Source: Methanocella sp. (lineage in GTDB: Archaea > Thermoproteota > Bathyarchaeia > Bathyarchaeales > Bathycorpusculaceae). Taken from it: 64,000 nucleotides of DNA. Below, one piece after another: positions 17,509 to 26,711 of this stretch (the stretch's first letter is position 1; every line of letters begins with the position of its first letter). The stretch spans positions 10,999-74,998 of the forward strand of contig JBLNCY010000057.1 of assembly GCA_050261115.1 (NCBI GenBank). The letters run 5' to 3'. The translations under genes were made by a program, and so were the position numbers. The notes under the pieces are model-generated. The model did no database searches. It was given only the letters and a program-made list of their open reading frames with translations, and was not told the origin of the DNA.

Positions 17509-18438
17509 ATGGTCAACCAAAAATTCACAATAAAACTCGTAATTGTTTGTTTGCTGGCAGTAACCCTGCTAAGCCCATTTCTTCTCTCAACCGCTCAGGC
17601 CGAAAGCTCAGTAACTGTCGGCGAATGGAAACTAGACGAAACAAACATCAGCGGCACAACCGAAACCACGCCAGATCAAACTGGTGTTAATCATGGTATC
17701 CTTGCAGGCGCTGAGTATCCGGTGCTTGTCGAGGGTAAATATGGTAAAGCCATGAAATTCAGCGGAGAAAACGCCATCTATATCCCCGTTAAATTCATCG
17801 TCGGCTTCCCACCCATGGATGAACCCATGTACATCCCCATCAGCCCCAACCTAGACATCCAAGAATACTTCACCATATCCGCATGGATTAACGTCCCCAG
17901 CTACACAGACGCCACCTACAACAACATAGTCGTCAAATGCAATCACCCCGACCAAGCAGCCGCATGGCAAAACACCACCCGCGTTCTCGGCTTAGCTCTA
18001 AGAGCAGGTGCACCTGAGGGCGGCGAAGAATACGTTGAGGGAGCACTCAGCGGGTTTGTCTTGACCGAGACAGGCGGCTTAAACGAAATCGTAACCACCC
18101 AAGCTATTCCGCTAAACACTTGGATAGAAGTTCAATTCACCCGCGACGCAACCGGATTACACCTCTACATAGACAACCAAGAGCAACCCGTCAAAGTCCT
18201 CCACGGCACCCAGAATCCAACTGGAAAAATCCTAAACGGCACCGAATACTACCTTGGCCACGACAGCTACGCAACCATAGACAACGTGAAAATCGTTGAC
18301 TTAGACCCAAGCGCCGAGAACAGCTTTGACATCGGGCCTAACCTGATGATAGTCGTCATCGTGGTCTCGCTAATCTTTGCGGTCGCATGGCTATTACGAC
18401 GAGCAATCCAGCTCTGGATAATCAAACCAAAAATCTAA
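17509..18438 (+). CDS. Secreted, C-terminally anchored LamG-like protein
   Basis: Signal peptide, GEWKLDE, G..G.A..F.G, FTISAWI, LYID, IDNVKI, C-terminal TM; AGGTGA SD 7 nt before ATG. Confidence 0.8.
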   Translation: MVNQKFTIKLVIVCLLAVTLLSPFLLSTAQAESSVTVGEWKLDETNISGTTETTPDQTGVNHGILAGAEYPVLVEGKYGKAMKFSGENAIYIPVKFIVGFPPMDEPMYIPISPNLDIQEYFTISAWINVPSYTDATYNNIVVKCNHPDQAAAWQNTTRVLGLALRAGAPEGGEEYVEGALSGFVLTETGGLNEIVTTQAIPLNTWIEVQFTRDATGLHLYIDNQEQPVKVLHGTQNPTGKILNGTEYYLGHDSYATIDNVKIVDLDPSAENSFDIGPNLMIVVIVVSLIFAVAWLLRRAIQLWIIKPKI

Positions 18439-18451
18439 GGAGTGAAGCGGG

Positions 18452-19624
18452 ATGGGAACCACCTTTAAACTGCTCGAGTTGCTGCTAAGACAAAAACTGC
18501 TAGGGCAGGGACTAAAAGGTGACCCCTACACCCCCCTAATAGTCTCCTATGCAGTTACCCGAGCATGCAACCTCAGATGCCTACACTGCCACGTATCCGC
18601 AAGAGAAGCCCTGCCTGATGAACTAAACCTCAAAGAAGCCATCCACACCATAGACGAGATGCACAGTTTAGGAACACAGGCGGTGATTTTCAGCGGAGGT
18701 GAACCCCTACTACGCAAAAACTTCGTTCTACAACTCATTGAGCACTGCGATGATTTAGGTATCATACCCGCAATGCTCTCAAACGGACTACTTATGACGC
18801 CTCAGACGGTACTTGAGCTTCAGGAAGCGGGACTTAAAGCGGTAGGGTTACCAATCGATTCAGTGGTTCCAGAAAAGCATGACCACCTACGCAACGTCCC
18901 AGGAACCTTCAACAAAACCGTACAAGCAATCAAAACCTGCTTGGAACTCGACTTAGAAGTCGTCATCACCACTATGGCACTAAAAGACACATACACGGAG
19001 ATGCCAAAACGCATCGAATACCTAAACGGTTTAGGTGTAGACGAGGTTGCAGTTTATGATTTAGTTCCAGTGGGTCGAGGAAAAGACGTTATGGATAACG
19101 CTATGACCATGGACCAGCGTGTTAACTTGATAAAGTGGCTTCAACGCCAGCAGGAAGACACCGAAATGACATTCACCATGTCAGGCGGCACCCCACTCTA
19201 CCCCGAAATCGCCTGTGAAATGCACCACAACCACGGCACCAAAGCAAAAGACCTACTCATAAAAGAGTTCTGGATCCATAACGGCATCGGCTGCCATGCA
19301 GGCAACATGTACTTCAGCCTAAGACCCAACGGCGACATCTACCCCTGCACCTTTCTACCAATCAAAGTTGGAAACATCCGCAACCAGAGCTTACGAGAAA
19401 TTTGGCAAAAAGCCCCTCTCCTAAACGCTTTACGTCAGAGACAGAATTTGAAGGGAAAATGCGGCAGCTGTGAATACCGAGAAGGCTGCGGCGGCTGCAG
19501 GGGACGTGCTTATGCTTGTACAGGCGATTATTTGGAGACAGATCCTGTCTGCCTGAGAGATTTGTTGATAGAGGAAAAAATTTCGCCAGCGGATATTAAG
19601 CGGTTCGGCTGGTGCGTTGGCTAA
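18452..19624 (+). CDS. Radical SAM/SPASM protein (NirJ/Ahb/PqqE-like)
   Basis: CNLRCLHC, FSGGEPL, SPASM C.AG...GDIYPC...KCG.CEYREGCGGCR...C. Confidence 0.92.
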   Translation: MGTTFKLLELLLRQKLLGQGLKGDPYTPLIVSYAVTRACNLRCLHCHVSAREALPDELNLKEAIHTIDEMHSLGTQAVIFSGGEPLLRKNFVLQLIEHCDDLGIIPAMLSNGLLMTPQTVLELQEAGLKAVGLPIDSVVPEKHDHLRNVPGTFNKTVQAIKTCLELDLEVVITTMALKDTYTEMPKRIEYLNGLGVDEVAVYDLVPVGRGKDVMDNAMTMDQRVNLIKWLQRQQEDTEMTFTMSGGTPLYPEIACEMHHNHGTKAKDLLIKEFWIHNGIGCHAGNMYFSLRPNGDIYPCTFLPIKVGNIRNQSLREIWQKAPLLNALRQRQNLKGKCGSCEYREGCGGCRGRAYACTGDYLETDPVCLRDLLIEEKISPADIKRFGWCVG

Positions 19625-19694
19625 ATGCTTGGTTGACACGTTTTCTGTTTAATTTTAAATATAACTTCTGATAGAAAATGACTGGGGAACTGTC

Positions 19695-20906
19695 ATTAGC
19701 AGCCTTGGGCCAGCACGTACTCGGCTTCTTCTTTTAGCTTTAGCTTTATCTTCCCTATCTACCTGTCTAGTAACCGTTGCCTTTCAGGTTCTCATGGTCG
19801 ATGTAGCGGCAAGCTTTCAAGTTCAGGTGGGCACAGCAAGCATGGTCGCCTCAGTTGGCTCCATTTCAGGCATAACCTTTGGCTTGCTTATGGCCATCGT
19901 GAGCATACGCTACAACCACAAAAAACTACTTCTAGCCGGAATAGCATGCAACATCCTAGCCGCTTTAGGCTACTATTTGGCACCTACATTTCCATGGCTG
20001 CTAGCAGCTAACATCGCTGTCGGCGCTGGGCTCTCAATAGTTATCTCCATGGCATACTCGATAATCGGAAACGTTATCCCCCTTAAGAGTAGGGGAAGAG
20101 CAATCGGCATAATGGTTGCATCTACAACAATTGCTTTCGTCACAGGCGCCCTATTCGTAGGCGTGTTATCTTCATATTTTAATTGGCGCATGGTTACCAT
20201 CATTTTATCGCTACCCGTAGCCCTTACCAGTCTAGTCCTGTCAGCAGTTTTTGTACCAAAAAATACCAACACAAACAACATAACCAAGGAGGAATCGTTC
20301 ATGGTTGGCTGCAAACAAGCTTTCTCCCGCGTCTCCGGGATAGCAGCGTTGACAGTGACAACATTTATGTTCTGTGAAGGCGCCATCGGATACTACTCAG
20401 TTTCTTTCCTAAGAGAACATTTTTCGGTATCGATAGCTTTGGGCTCAACCTACTTCTTGGTGGCTAACATAGTGGCTGCGGTAGGCGGGGCGGTCTCGGG
20501 TTTGATGGTGAACAAGGTTGGACGCAAAAAACTGGGAACAATCGCGCTAATTGTAGCTTGCATATTAACATTGGGATTCACGTTGATGCCTACCGTTGAG
20601 CTCTCAATCGCGGTCAGTATTCTGCGTTATTGGTTTGGCGCGATGGCGGCAACCGCAGGTGGCAGCTTAATAATCGAGCAGCTACCCCGATTCCGAAGCA
20701 CCATGAGCTCGCTAAATGCTGCTTTCATGAATGTCGGCATGCTTTTAGCTTCGATTATTGGCGGCTTAACGCTTAACAACTTTGGGTATCAAGCGTTAGG
20801 TTTGGTTTTAGGCGGTTTAGGCGTGCTGGGTGCGGTTGTATGGGTTGCCTTAGTTAAGGAACCCTGCCCAACAACTCTACCCTCTGACGTTCTCTCTGAA
20901 TCATAA
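19695..20906 (+). CDS. MFS transporter
   Basis: MFS TM pattern, RGRAIG, NKVGRKK; first TM helix lies upstream of ATG 19794 with no canonical start; ATT 19695 proposed. Confidence 0.85.
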   Translation: MSSLGPARTRLLLLALALSSLSTCLVTVAFQVLMVDVAASFQVQVGTASMVASVGSISGITFGLLMAIVSIRYNHKKLLLAGIACNILAALGYYLAPTFPWLLAANIAVGAGLSIVISMAYSIIGNVIPLKSRGRAIGIMVASTTIAFVTGALFVGVLSSYFNWRMVTIILSLPVALTSLVLSAVFVPKNTNTNNITKEESFMVGCKQAFSRVSGIAALTVTTFMFCEGAIGYYSVSFLREHFSVSIALGSTYFLVANIVAAVGGAVSGLMVNKVGRKKLGTIALIVACILTLGFTLMPTVELSIAVSILRYWFGAMAATAGGSLIIEQLPRFRSTMSSLNAAFMNVGMLLASIIGGLTLNNFGYQALGLVLGGLGVLGAVVWVALVKEPCPTTLPSDVLSES

Positions 20907-21008
20907 CGATAAAAACTACAAAAAGTCCAAGTGGGGAAATGCGTTGTTTATGTGTGAAGTATTTTTAAGCCACCCACTCCATACCCCAAAGCGAAGAGGG
21001 CGAATGGT

Positions 21009-21392
21009 TTGGAACGCAGAGACTTTGACCGCGCAAACGTCATAAAAGAGGAAATTCGGCAGCAGGAGCACCGTTTCCTAGCTGTATATGTGGAGGCAAG
21101 AAACAGCATCATGATTATGCTTAGTGAAAGGGAAGATCGGCTTGGCACTATGGCTATTGCGGTTCCTAAACCCCGAGACATGGTGGGCGCCGTTACCTCT
21201 TCGGTGCTTGTTGGCGATAAACATGTTATCTCTGCGCGCATGTTCGCCGAGTACGTTGCTTCAAAGAAAGGCAAAATCGCCATGGTTTCAGTTTACCTTG
21301 ACAAAGTCAGCGAGATACAGGCGCAGGAATTCTTTATGCACCTAATTGACAAAGTAATGAAAACAGACAGTAAAGAACCCACCACAGCATAA
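21009..21392 (+). CDS. Conserved hypothetical protein (possibly PAC4-like proteasome chaperone fold)
   Basis: RLGTMAIAVP...SS.L.G...AR.FA...A...MVSV pattern; GAGGG SD before TTG. Fold assignment tentative. Confidence 0.55.
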   Translation: MERRDFDRANVIKEEIRQQEHRFLAVYVEARNSIMIMLSEREDRLGTMAIAVPKPRDMVGAVTSSVLVGDKHVISARMFAEYVASKKGKIAMVSVYLDKVSEIQAQEFFMHLIDKVMKTDSKEPTTA

Positions 21393-21406
21393 CCGACTGG
21401 ACCATT

Positions 21407-21901
21407 ATGCACATCCAGAAATTATCTGATGCCGACTTAGAAGCCATTTACTCAATAATTAACGAAGCAGCAGAAGCCTACAAGGGCAAAATCCCCCCTG
21501 ACTGCTACCATGAACCTTACATGTCCCAAATGGAACTCCAAAATGAAATATCTGCAGGCGTACAATTTTACGGCATTACTCACGAAGGGAAATTAGCTGC
21601 TGTTATGGGAATCCAACCCGTCGGCGACGTCACCCTAATCCGCCATGCCTACACCCTGCCTAAGTATCAGTCCCATGGGCTAGGAAGCCAACTCCTGCGT
21701 TACCTGCTTAGTTTAGCAAAAACAAGGTGCATTCTTGTCGGCACATGGCAAGTCGCATCCTGGGCAATTCGCTTCTACCAAAAACACGGGTTTATCCTGC
21801 TGTCTAGAGAAGAGACAAATAGGCTTCTTGGCAAATACTGGAACATCCCAAAGAGGCAAATCGAAACCTCCACGGTACTTGAACAGTGGCACAATCCATG
21901 A
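21407..21901 (+). CDS. GNAT N-acetyltransferase
   Basis: IRHAYTLPKYQSHGLGSQLL and AIRFYQKHGF motifs. Confidence 0.9.
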   Translation: MHIQKLSDADLEAIYSIINEAAEAYKGKIPPDCYHEPYMSQMELQNEISAGVQFYGITHEGKLAAVMGIQPVGDVTLIRHAYTLPKYQSHGLGSQLLRYLLSLAKTRCILVGTWQVASWAIRFYQKHGFILLSREETNRLLGKYWNIPKRQIETSTVLEQWHNP

Positions 21902-22953
21902 AAACCCTAATCCTCAAAGTAGACCCAAACAACCCCGACAAGACGCAAATCCAAATCGCAGCAGACATCATCCAAAGAGGCGGTTTAGTGGCTTTCCCAA
22001 CCGAGACCGTGTATGGGTTAGGCGCAAATGCGCTGGATGGCGATGCAGTGCGGCGGCTCTTTGAAGCAAAAAAGCGCCCACTCGATAACCCACCCATAGT
22101 TCATGTCACTGAGGCCTCGGAAGTTTATTCACTTGTAGCAGAAGTCCCGCCGAAAGCTGAATTGCTCATGAAACAATTCTGGCCAGGTCCCCTTACGCTG
22201 GTTTTCAAGCGCTCAAATAATGTGCCCAAAGAGTCAACGGCGGGATTAGATACCATTGCCATCCGAATCCCAAAACACCCCATAGCACAAGCGCTCATCC
22301 GACAAAGCAAACGCCCAATCGCGGCGCCCAGCGCAAACCTCTCAGGCAGACCCAGCCCCACCACAGCCCAACACGTCTACAGCGACCTAAACGGACGCAT
22401 AGACGCCATCATCGACGGTGGCGCCGCCAACATAGGCGTCGAATCCACCGTAGTCGATTTAAGCTGTGACCCACCAGTGCTGCTTCGGCCTGGCGGAACA
22501 CCCTTTGAGGCACTTAAAGCTGTGTTGGGCGATTTGCGGCTGCATCCTTTTGTTGAATCCGAAATGGAAGTGCCGCTAGACCAAGCGCGCTCGCCAGGTA
22601 TGAAGCATAAACATTACGCGCCAAACGCCCAAGTTATCCTAGTAGAAGGCAACGTGGAGGCAGTTATGTCCAAGATTAGGGAGCTTACGGTTGATTATAA
22701 AGCAAAAAAAGCCCAGGTCGGGGTCCTAGCTACAGACGAAACCATAGCAGCCTACACTGCTGATGTGGTTAAATCAATGGGCAGCCGCCAAAACCTGTCT
22801 ACCGTCGCCGCGAGCCTTTTTGGACTGCTACGGGAAGTGGATGCTTTAGGCGTTGACGTAATCATCGCCGAAGGTGTCCCCTTGGAGGGGTTAGGCTTAG
22901 CTGTAATGAACCGCCTACGCAAAGCCTCCAACTACCACATCATAAAAGCATAG
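21898..22953 (+). CDS. sua5: Threonylcarbamoyl-AMP synthase Sua5
   Basis: FPTETVYGLGA, AKKRPLDNP, WPGPLT, AAPSAN.SGRPSPT, PGMKHKHYAP; ATGA overlap with the GNAT gene. Confidence 0.96.
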   Translation: MKTLILKVDPNNPDKTQIQIAADIIQRGGLVAFPTETVYGLGANALDGDAVRRLFEAKKRPLDNPPIVHVTEASEVYSLVAEVPPKAELLMKQFWPGPLTLVFKRSNNVPKESTAGLDTIAIRIPKHPIAQALIRQSKRPIAAPSANLSGRPSPTTAQHVYSDLNGRIDAIIDGGAANIGVESTVVDLSCDPPVLLRPGGTPFEALKAVLGDLRLHPFVESEMEVPLDQARSPGMKHKHYAPNAQVILVEGNVEAVMSKIRELTVDYKAKKAQVGVLATDETIAAYTADVVKSMGSRQNLSTVAASLFGLLREVDALGVDVIIAEGVPLEGLGLAVMNRLRKASNYHIIKA

Positions 22954-23853
22954 CTATTTGCGTAGGGAAGCCAGCAAGTCCTCGAGGTTGATTTTAGCTA
23001 CTCCGACCACGCTGTCAGCGGCGCCGTAGTAAACAAATAAATCATCGCCGATGACGACGTTACCACAGCTAAACACTACGTTAGGTACCTTACCGAAGCG
23101 TTCATAGTCCCGTTTCGGCGCCAAAATTGCTTTCCTGGACCGATAAAGCACCCGCTCTGGGTGGTCTTCGTCAAGCAATATAATCCCCAGACTGTACAGT
23201 CGTTCTGTGCTTACGCCATGGTAAACAAGCAGCCAGTAATTGTCGATTTTAATGGGGGTGCCGCCTGCGCCGAGTTTCCAGTTATCCCAGCCCCGTGCAC
23301 GTGGCAGCATCATGGATTTCAAATCACACCAATGCTCTAGATCCTCTGAGTAGGCGATGCAGATGTCGGGTTCGATGCGGTGTATCATCGCGTAGCGCCC
23401 GTCGAATTTCTGGGGAAAAATCACTGCGTCTTTATTTCGTATTCCTGGGAACGGGAGCTTGCGGGGCGTCCAGTTCCATCTTTTTGCCAGGAAATCGGCT
23501 TTTTTTATCGTTGTTAGTGCAATTTGGAAGACCATCAAGTGGCTGTATTCTCTTAGCGCCGTGTAGGTCATGACTAAGCGATCGTCGATTTCTGTTATGC
23601 GGGGGTCTTCTACGCCATCTTTTTCGCAGGCCGCTTTGGGCTCAAACACGGGCTCGGGTAACCGTTCGTCTATGTGGACGCCGTCTTTGGAAGTGGCATA
23701 GCCGATTCTTGAGATGTCATCGTTTCCTATAGCTCGATAGAGTAGGTGTACTTTGTTGTCTAGGTAGACGGCGGCGGGGTTGAATACTTCTCTGGATTCC
23801 CATGGGTGAGCTTCTATGGGTCGAAGGATTGGGTTACCGACGTAGCGCTGCAT
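22954..23853 (-). CDS. GH130-like glycosidase/phosphorylase (DUF377)
   Basis: FNPAA, EDPRIT, NKDAV, HRI, KLGAG, YHGV, VPNVVFSCG. Confidence 0.9.
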   Translation of the reverse strand: MQRYVGNPILRPIEAHPWESREVFNPAAVYLDNKVHLLYRAIGNDDISRIGYATSKDGVHIDERLPEPVFEPKAACEKDGVEDPRITEIDDRLVMTYTALREYSHLMVFQIALTTIKKADFLAKRWNWTPRKLPFPGIRNKDAVIFPQKFDGRYAMIHRIEPDICIAYSEDLEHWCDLKSMMLPRARGWDNWKLGAGGTPIKIDNYWLLVYHGVSTERLYSLGIILLDEDHPERVLYRSRKAILAPKRDYERFGKVPNVVFSCGNVVIGDDLFVYYGAADSVVGVAKINLEDLLASLRK

Positions 23854-23862
23854 GGTTAATCC

Positions 23863-24276
23863 CTATAACGCAGTCGCTAAAGGTGTCTTGATTCCCAAGA
23901 TCTCGTCGAAGAAGCCCCGTAGCGAGAATAATCCGATTAGTTTTCCTGTGGCGTCGGTCACTGGGAGGTGCCGTATGTCATGTGAAAGCATCAAGCGTTT
24001 GGCTTCGTCAAAGGAGGCGTCGTGAGAAATCGTCACAACGTGCCTGCTCATGACTTCACTAAGCGGGCGATCTACGGGGTGCTTGTTAGCCATCAATCGA
24101 ATAGCGTCTCGCTCGGTAAATATGCCGATGCATTTCTGCTCGTCATCCACAACTACCACTGACCCCACATGGCGTTCGTATAGTAACGACAATGCTGCCT
24201 GTATAGAAACATCCTCTTTAGCGGTGACGATTTTTTTACACATCAAATCTTTGACTTTAAGCATGGGTTCACACAT
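23863..24276 (-). CDS. CBS-domain pair protein
   Basis: Two CBS repeats (VKDLM...GIFTERD; VM...IRHLPV...GLFS). Confidence 0.9.
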   Translation of the reverse strand: MCEPMLKVKDLMCKKIVTAKEDVSIQAALSLLYERHVGSVVVVDDEQKCIGIFTERDAIRLMANKHPVDRPLSEVMSRHVVTISHDASFDEAKRLMLSHDIRHLPVTDATGKLIGLFSLRGFFDEILGIKTPLATAL

Positions 24277-24328
24277 AATTAACCCTCACAAAAGCAGACT
24301 CTAACCAATATAACTCAGTGGCTACAGC

Positions 24329-25369
24329 TTAAATTCTCTTTTGGTTACGAATTTCCTCAAGCTTTAGCCGTGCCAGCAGATAAGAAATTGAGGATTCCGC
24401 TCCCTGATTTCTGTTAACCGCCTCCGCCCCTAATCCATCATAGCAGCCGCCAGTCTGCACGTTATACATGACAATTTTACGGCTGTTTTGACCCAAAAAC
24501 CACCCAAACACCCTATCGGCCAATGTGAGATACTGTGTTTTGTTGGTGGCATAGTAAGCGTCGACTGTGGCGTCCACCATCGCTGCCGCCTCTAGGGGCT
24601 GTTGATCATATAGGGGTCGATTCCCGCCTCGTTTGAACCAGCCGTCGTTCCCGATTGGCACAAAATAACCGTCGATCATCTGGGTCTTAGTCAAGAAATC
24701 CATAGCGTCCTCTGCTACTTCTAGATATTCGGGTTTTTTAACTATCAAATAAGCCAAAAACAACGCTTGGGCTAGGCGAGCGTTGTCATATGTCAGGTGA
24801 GGTTCAAACCAGTGCCAGTCATCTTTGGTTTGGTCGCGGAAGTTCTGGACCATTAGATCTGCGAGTTTTTCAGCGGACTCTATGATTTCCTTATTTGGGG
24901 CAGCTTGATTGTACTCATATAAGCCTGATATAGTTGAGGAGTAGAAGCGCATGGAAATCGACTTGAAAACCCAAGGAAGTGCGCGGTCAAAGATGTCTTT
25001 TGCGACTAAACGCATGTCTTGGGGGAGTCTGCTGTTTATGGCGCATCCGCATGCCCAAAGAGTCCGTCCGGCTGAGTCTTCGGAGCCGTCTACGTCAAGG
25101 AAAGTGCGTTCGTAGCTTAGGTAGTTGTGGAAGTTGCCGTCTGGCTTCTGCATATGATTTAGAAACGACAAGTAGACTTTTGCCAGCCGCTCCATACTGG
25201 GGTCTGAGTAAAGTTTGTGGTATTTTACGGCTGCAATCAGGGCGCGGGCGTTGTCGTCGGTGGTGTAGCCTTCGCCTCTTTTGGGGATGCAGAATTTCGC
25301 ATGCTGAAAGACCCCCGTATCGTCGGTGAAGTCTCTGAGGTAATCGATTTTTAAGTATGGTAAGCGGAT
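24329..25369 (-). CDS. (alpha/alpha)6-barrel glycosidase-like protein, usually the C-terminal partner of this GT4
   Basis: TDDTGVFQHA...GYTTDDNARAL lies upstream of ATG 25195 in the same open frame; LTYDNARL, YDQQPLE, GCYDGL, NQGAES. Start proposed at ATC 25369. Confidence 0.8.
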   Translation of the reverse strand: MRLPYLKIDYLRDFTDDTGVFQHAKFCIPKRGEGYTTDDNARALIAAVKYHKLYSDPSMERLAKVYLSFLNHMQKPDGNFHNYLSYERTFLDVDGSEDSAGRTLWACGCAINSRLPQDMRLVAKDIFDRALPWVFKSISMRFYSSTISGLYEYNQAAPNKEIIESAEKLADLMVQNFRDQTKDDWHWFEPHLTYDNARLAQALFLAYLIVKKPEYLEVAEDAMDFLTKTQMIDGYFVPIGNDGWFKRGGNRPLYDQQPLEAAAMVDATVDAYYATNKTQYLTLADRVFGWFLGQNSRKIVMYNVQTGGCYDGLGAEAVNRNQGAESSISYLLARLKLEEIRNQKRI

Positions 25370-26577
25370 TGTACCTTCATCTCCGATTGCGCTGTTAATT
25401 GATCGAAAAGTGTTAGGTACTTTTTTGCAACTATAGGCCAGGTGAAGTTTCGACTGTAGAAATAGGCCTTTTGCTCTAGGGATCGGCGGAGTTTTTGGTC
25501 TTCGATGATTTCTGTAACTTTTTCAGCGATGGATTGTGGGTCGTTGAATTTGCAGAATACTCCACGGCCTTCTCCAAGCGCTTCTTTTGCATGCAGATAG
25601 GGTGTGGATACTACCGCTTTTCCTGCGGCTAGTGCGTAGGATAAGGTGCCGCTGCTCACCTGATTAGGTGAAAGGTAAGGCGTAATATACACGTCAGTTG
25701 CTAGCAGGTAATTGTATATTTCCTGTTTTGAGAGGAAACGGTTTAGGAACCTAACATGGTTACGTAACCCGAGGTCTTTAGCCATCTTTAAGAGCGAGTT
25801 TCGGTAAGCTTCGCCCTCATGCTTCTTTACCTGTGGATGTGTTACGCCGAGCACATAATAGATAAGGTTAGGCTCTTTTTTTATTATCTCCGGGAGCGCT
25901 TGGATGACGTTTTCGATGCCTTTGCCTTTGCTTAGCAACCCAAACGTTGAGAGCACCACCTTGTTTTGTAAGCCTAAAGTGGGTTTTGCCTTGTAACTGG
26001 GCATAAAGGGCAAGTCTGGGCAACCATGCGGAATTATTGTAACTTTTTTTGACGGAACCCCATATTGTTTAACCAGATCACGCGTCGTCTGATTCAAAAC
26101 AACGATTGCCGTGCTTTTTTCAACTACTTCATGAAACACCTCTTTTGCCCGATCCTCAAAATTCGGGAGCACGGTATGAAGTGTAGTGGCTACTGGCCTG
26201 TTTAGTTTATCAAGGAAACCGCAAATGTACTCTCCAGCTTCCCCTCCGAATATGCCGAATTCATGCTGGATATTAACCACATCTACGGAGGATTGATTAA
26301 GGAAATCTGCCATCAGCAGGTAATCTTCCAAGAAGTCGCGCCCGATTTTGTGTTCAAAGCCTTCAAATGTTGGTTTAAACAGGCGGCGACCATCGATGGA
26401 TATCACTCTCTGATCGCGTAACTGGTTTAATTGGTTTATCGCATTTACTAAGTCGGCAGTAAACGTGGCTATCCCGCATTTTCGGGGCGGGAAAGTGCTT
26501 ACATAAGCAACTTCCTTAACGCTAGCCAGCTTGGGGCTGCCTAGAACATACTTTGCCAATAACAAATCACGAACCAA
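25351..26577 (-). CDS. GT4 glycosyltransferase
   Basis: STFPPRKCGIATF, QHEFGIFGG, FGLLSKGKGIE, G.THP, SGTLSYA...GKAVVSTPY. Confidence 0.92.
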   Translation of the reverse strand: MVRDLLLAKYVLGSPKLASVKEVAYVSTFPPRKCGIATFTADLVNAINQLNQLRDQRVISIDGRRLFKPTFEGFEHKIGRDFLEDYLLMADFLNQSSVDVVNIQHEFGIFGGEAGEYICGFLDKLNRPVATTLHTVLPNFEDRAKEVFHEVVEKSTAIVVLNQTTRDLVKQYGVPSKKVTIIPHGCPDLPFMPSYKAKPTLGLQNKVVLSTFGLLSKGKGIENVIQALPEIIKKEPNLIYYVLGVTHPQVKKHEGEAYRNSLLKMAKDLGLRNHVRFLNRFLSKQEIYNYLLATDVYITPYLSPNQVSSGTLSYALAAGKAVVSTPYLHAKEALGEGRGVFCKFNDPQSIAEKVTEIIEDQKLRRSLEQKAYFYSRNFTWPIVAKKYLTLFDQLTAQSEMKVQSAYHT

Positions 26578-26711
26578 TTAGGAGGATTTATTGCGTTTAA
26601 GGACATGTGATTGTCATTTGACAGTCACAACAGGCGAAATTAGATCTATCCTCGCTAGAGGTTTATATTTTACCTGCACACAGTGGTGTTTCAAGAAGGG
26701 AGAGGGGTTTA

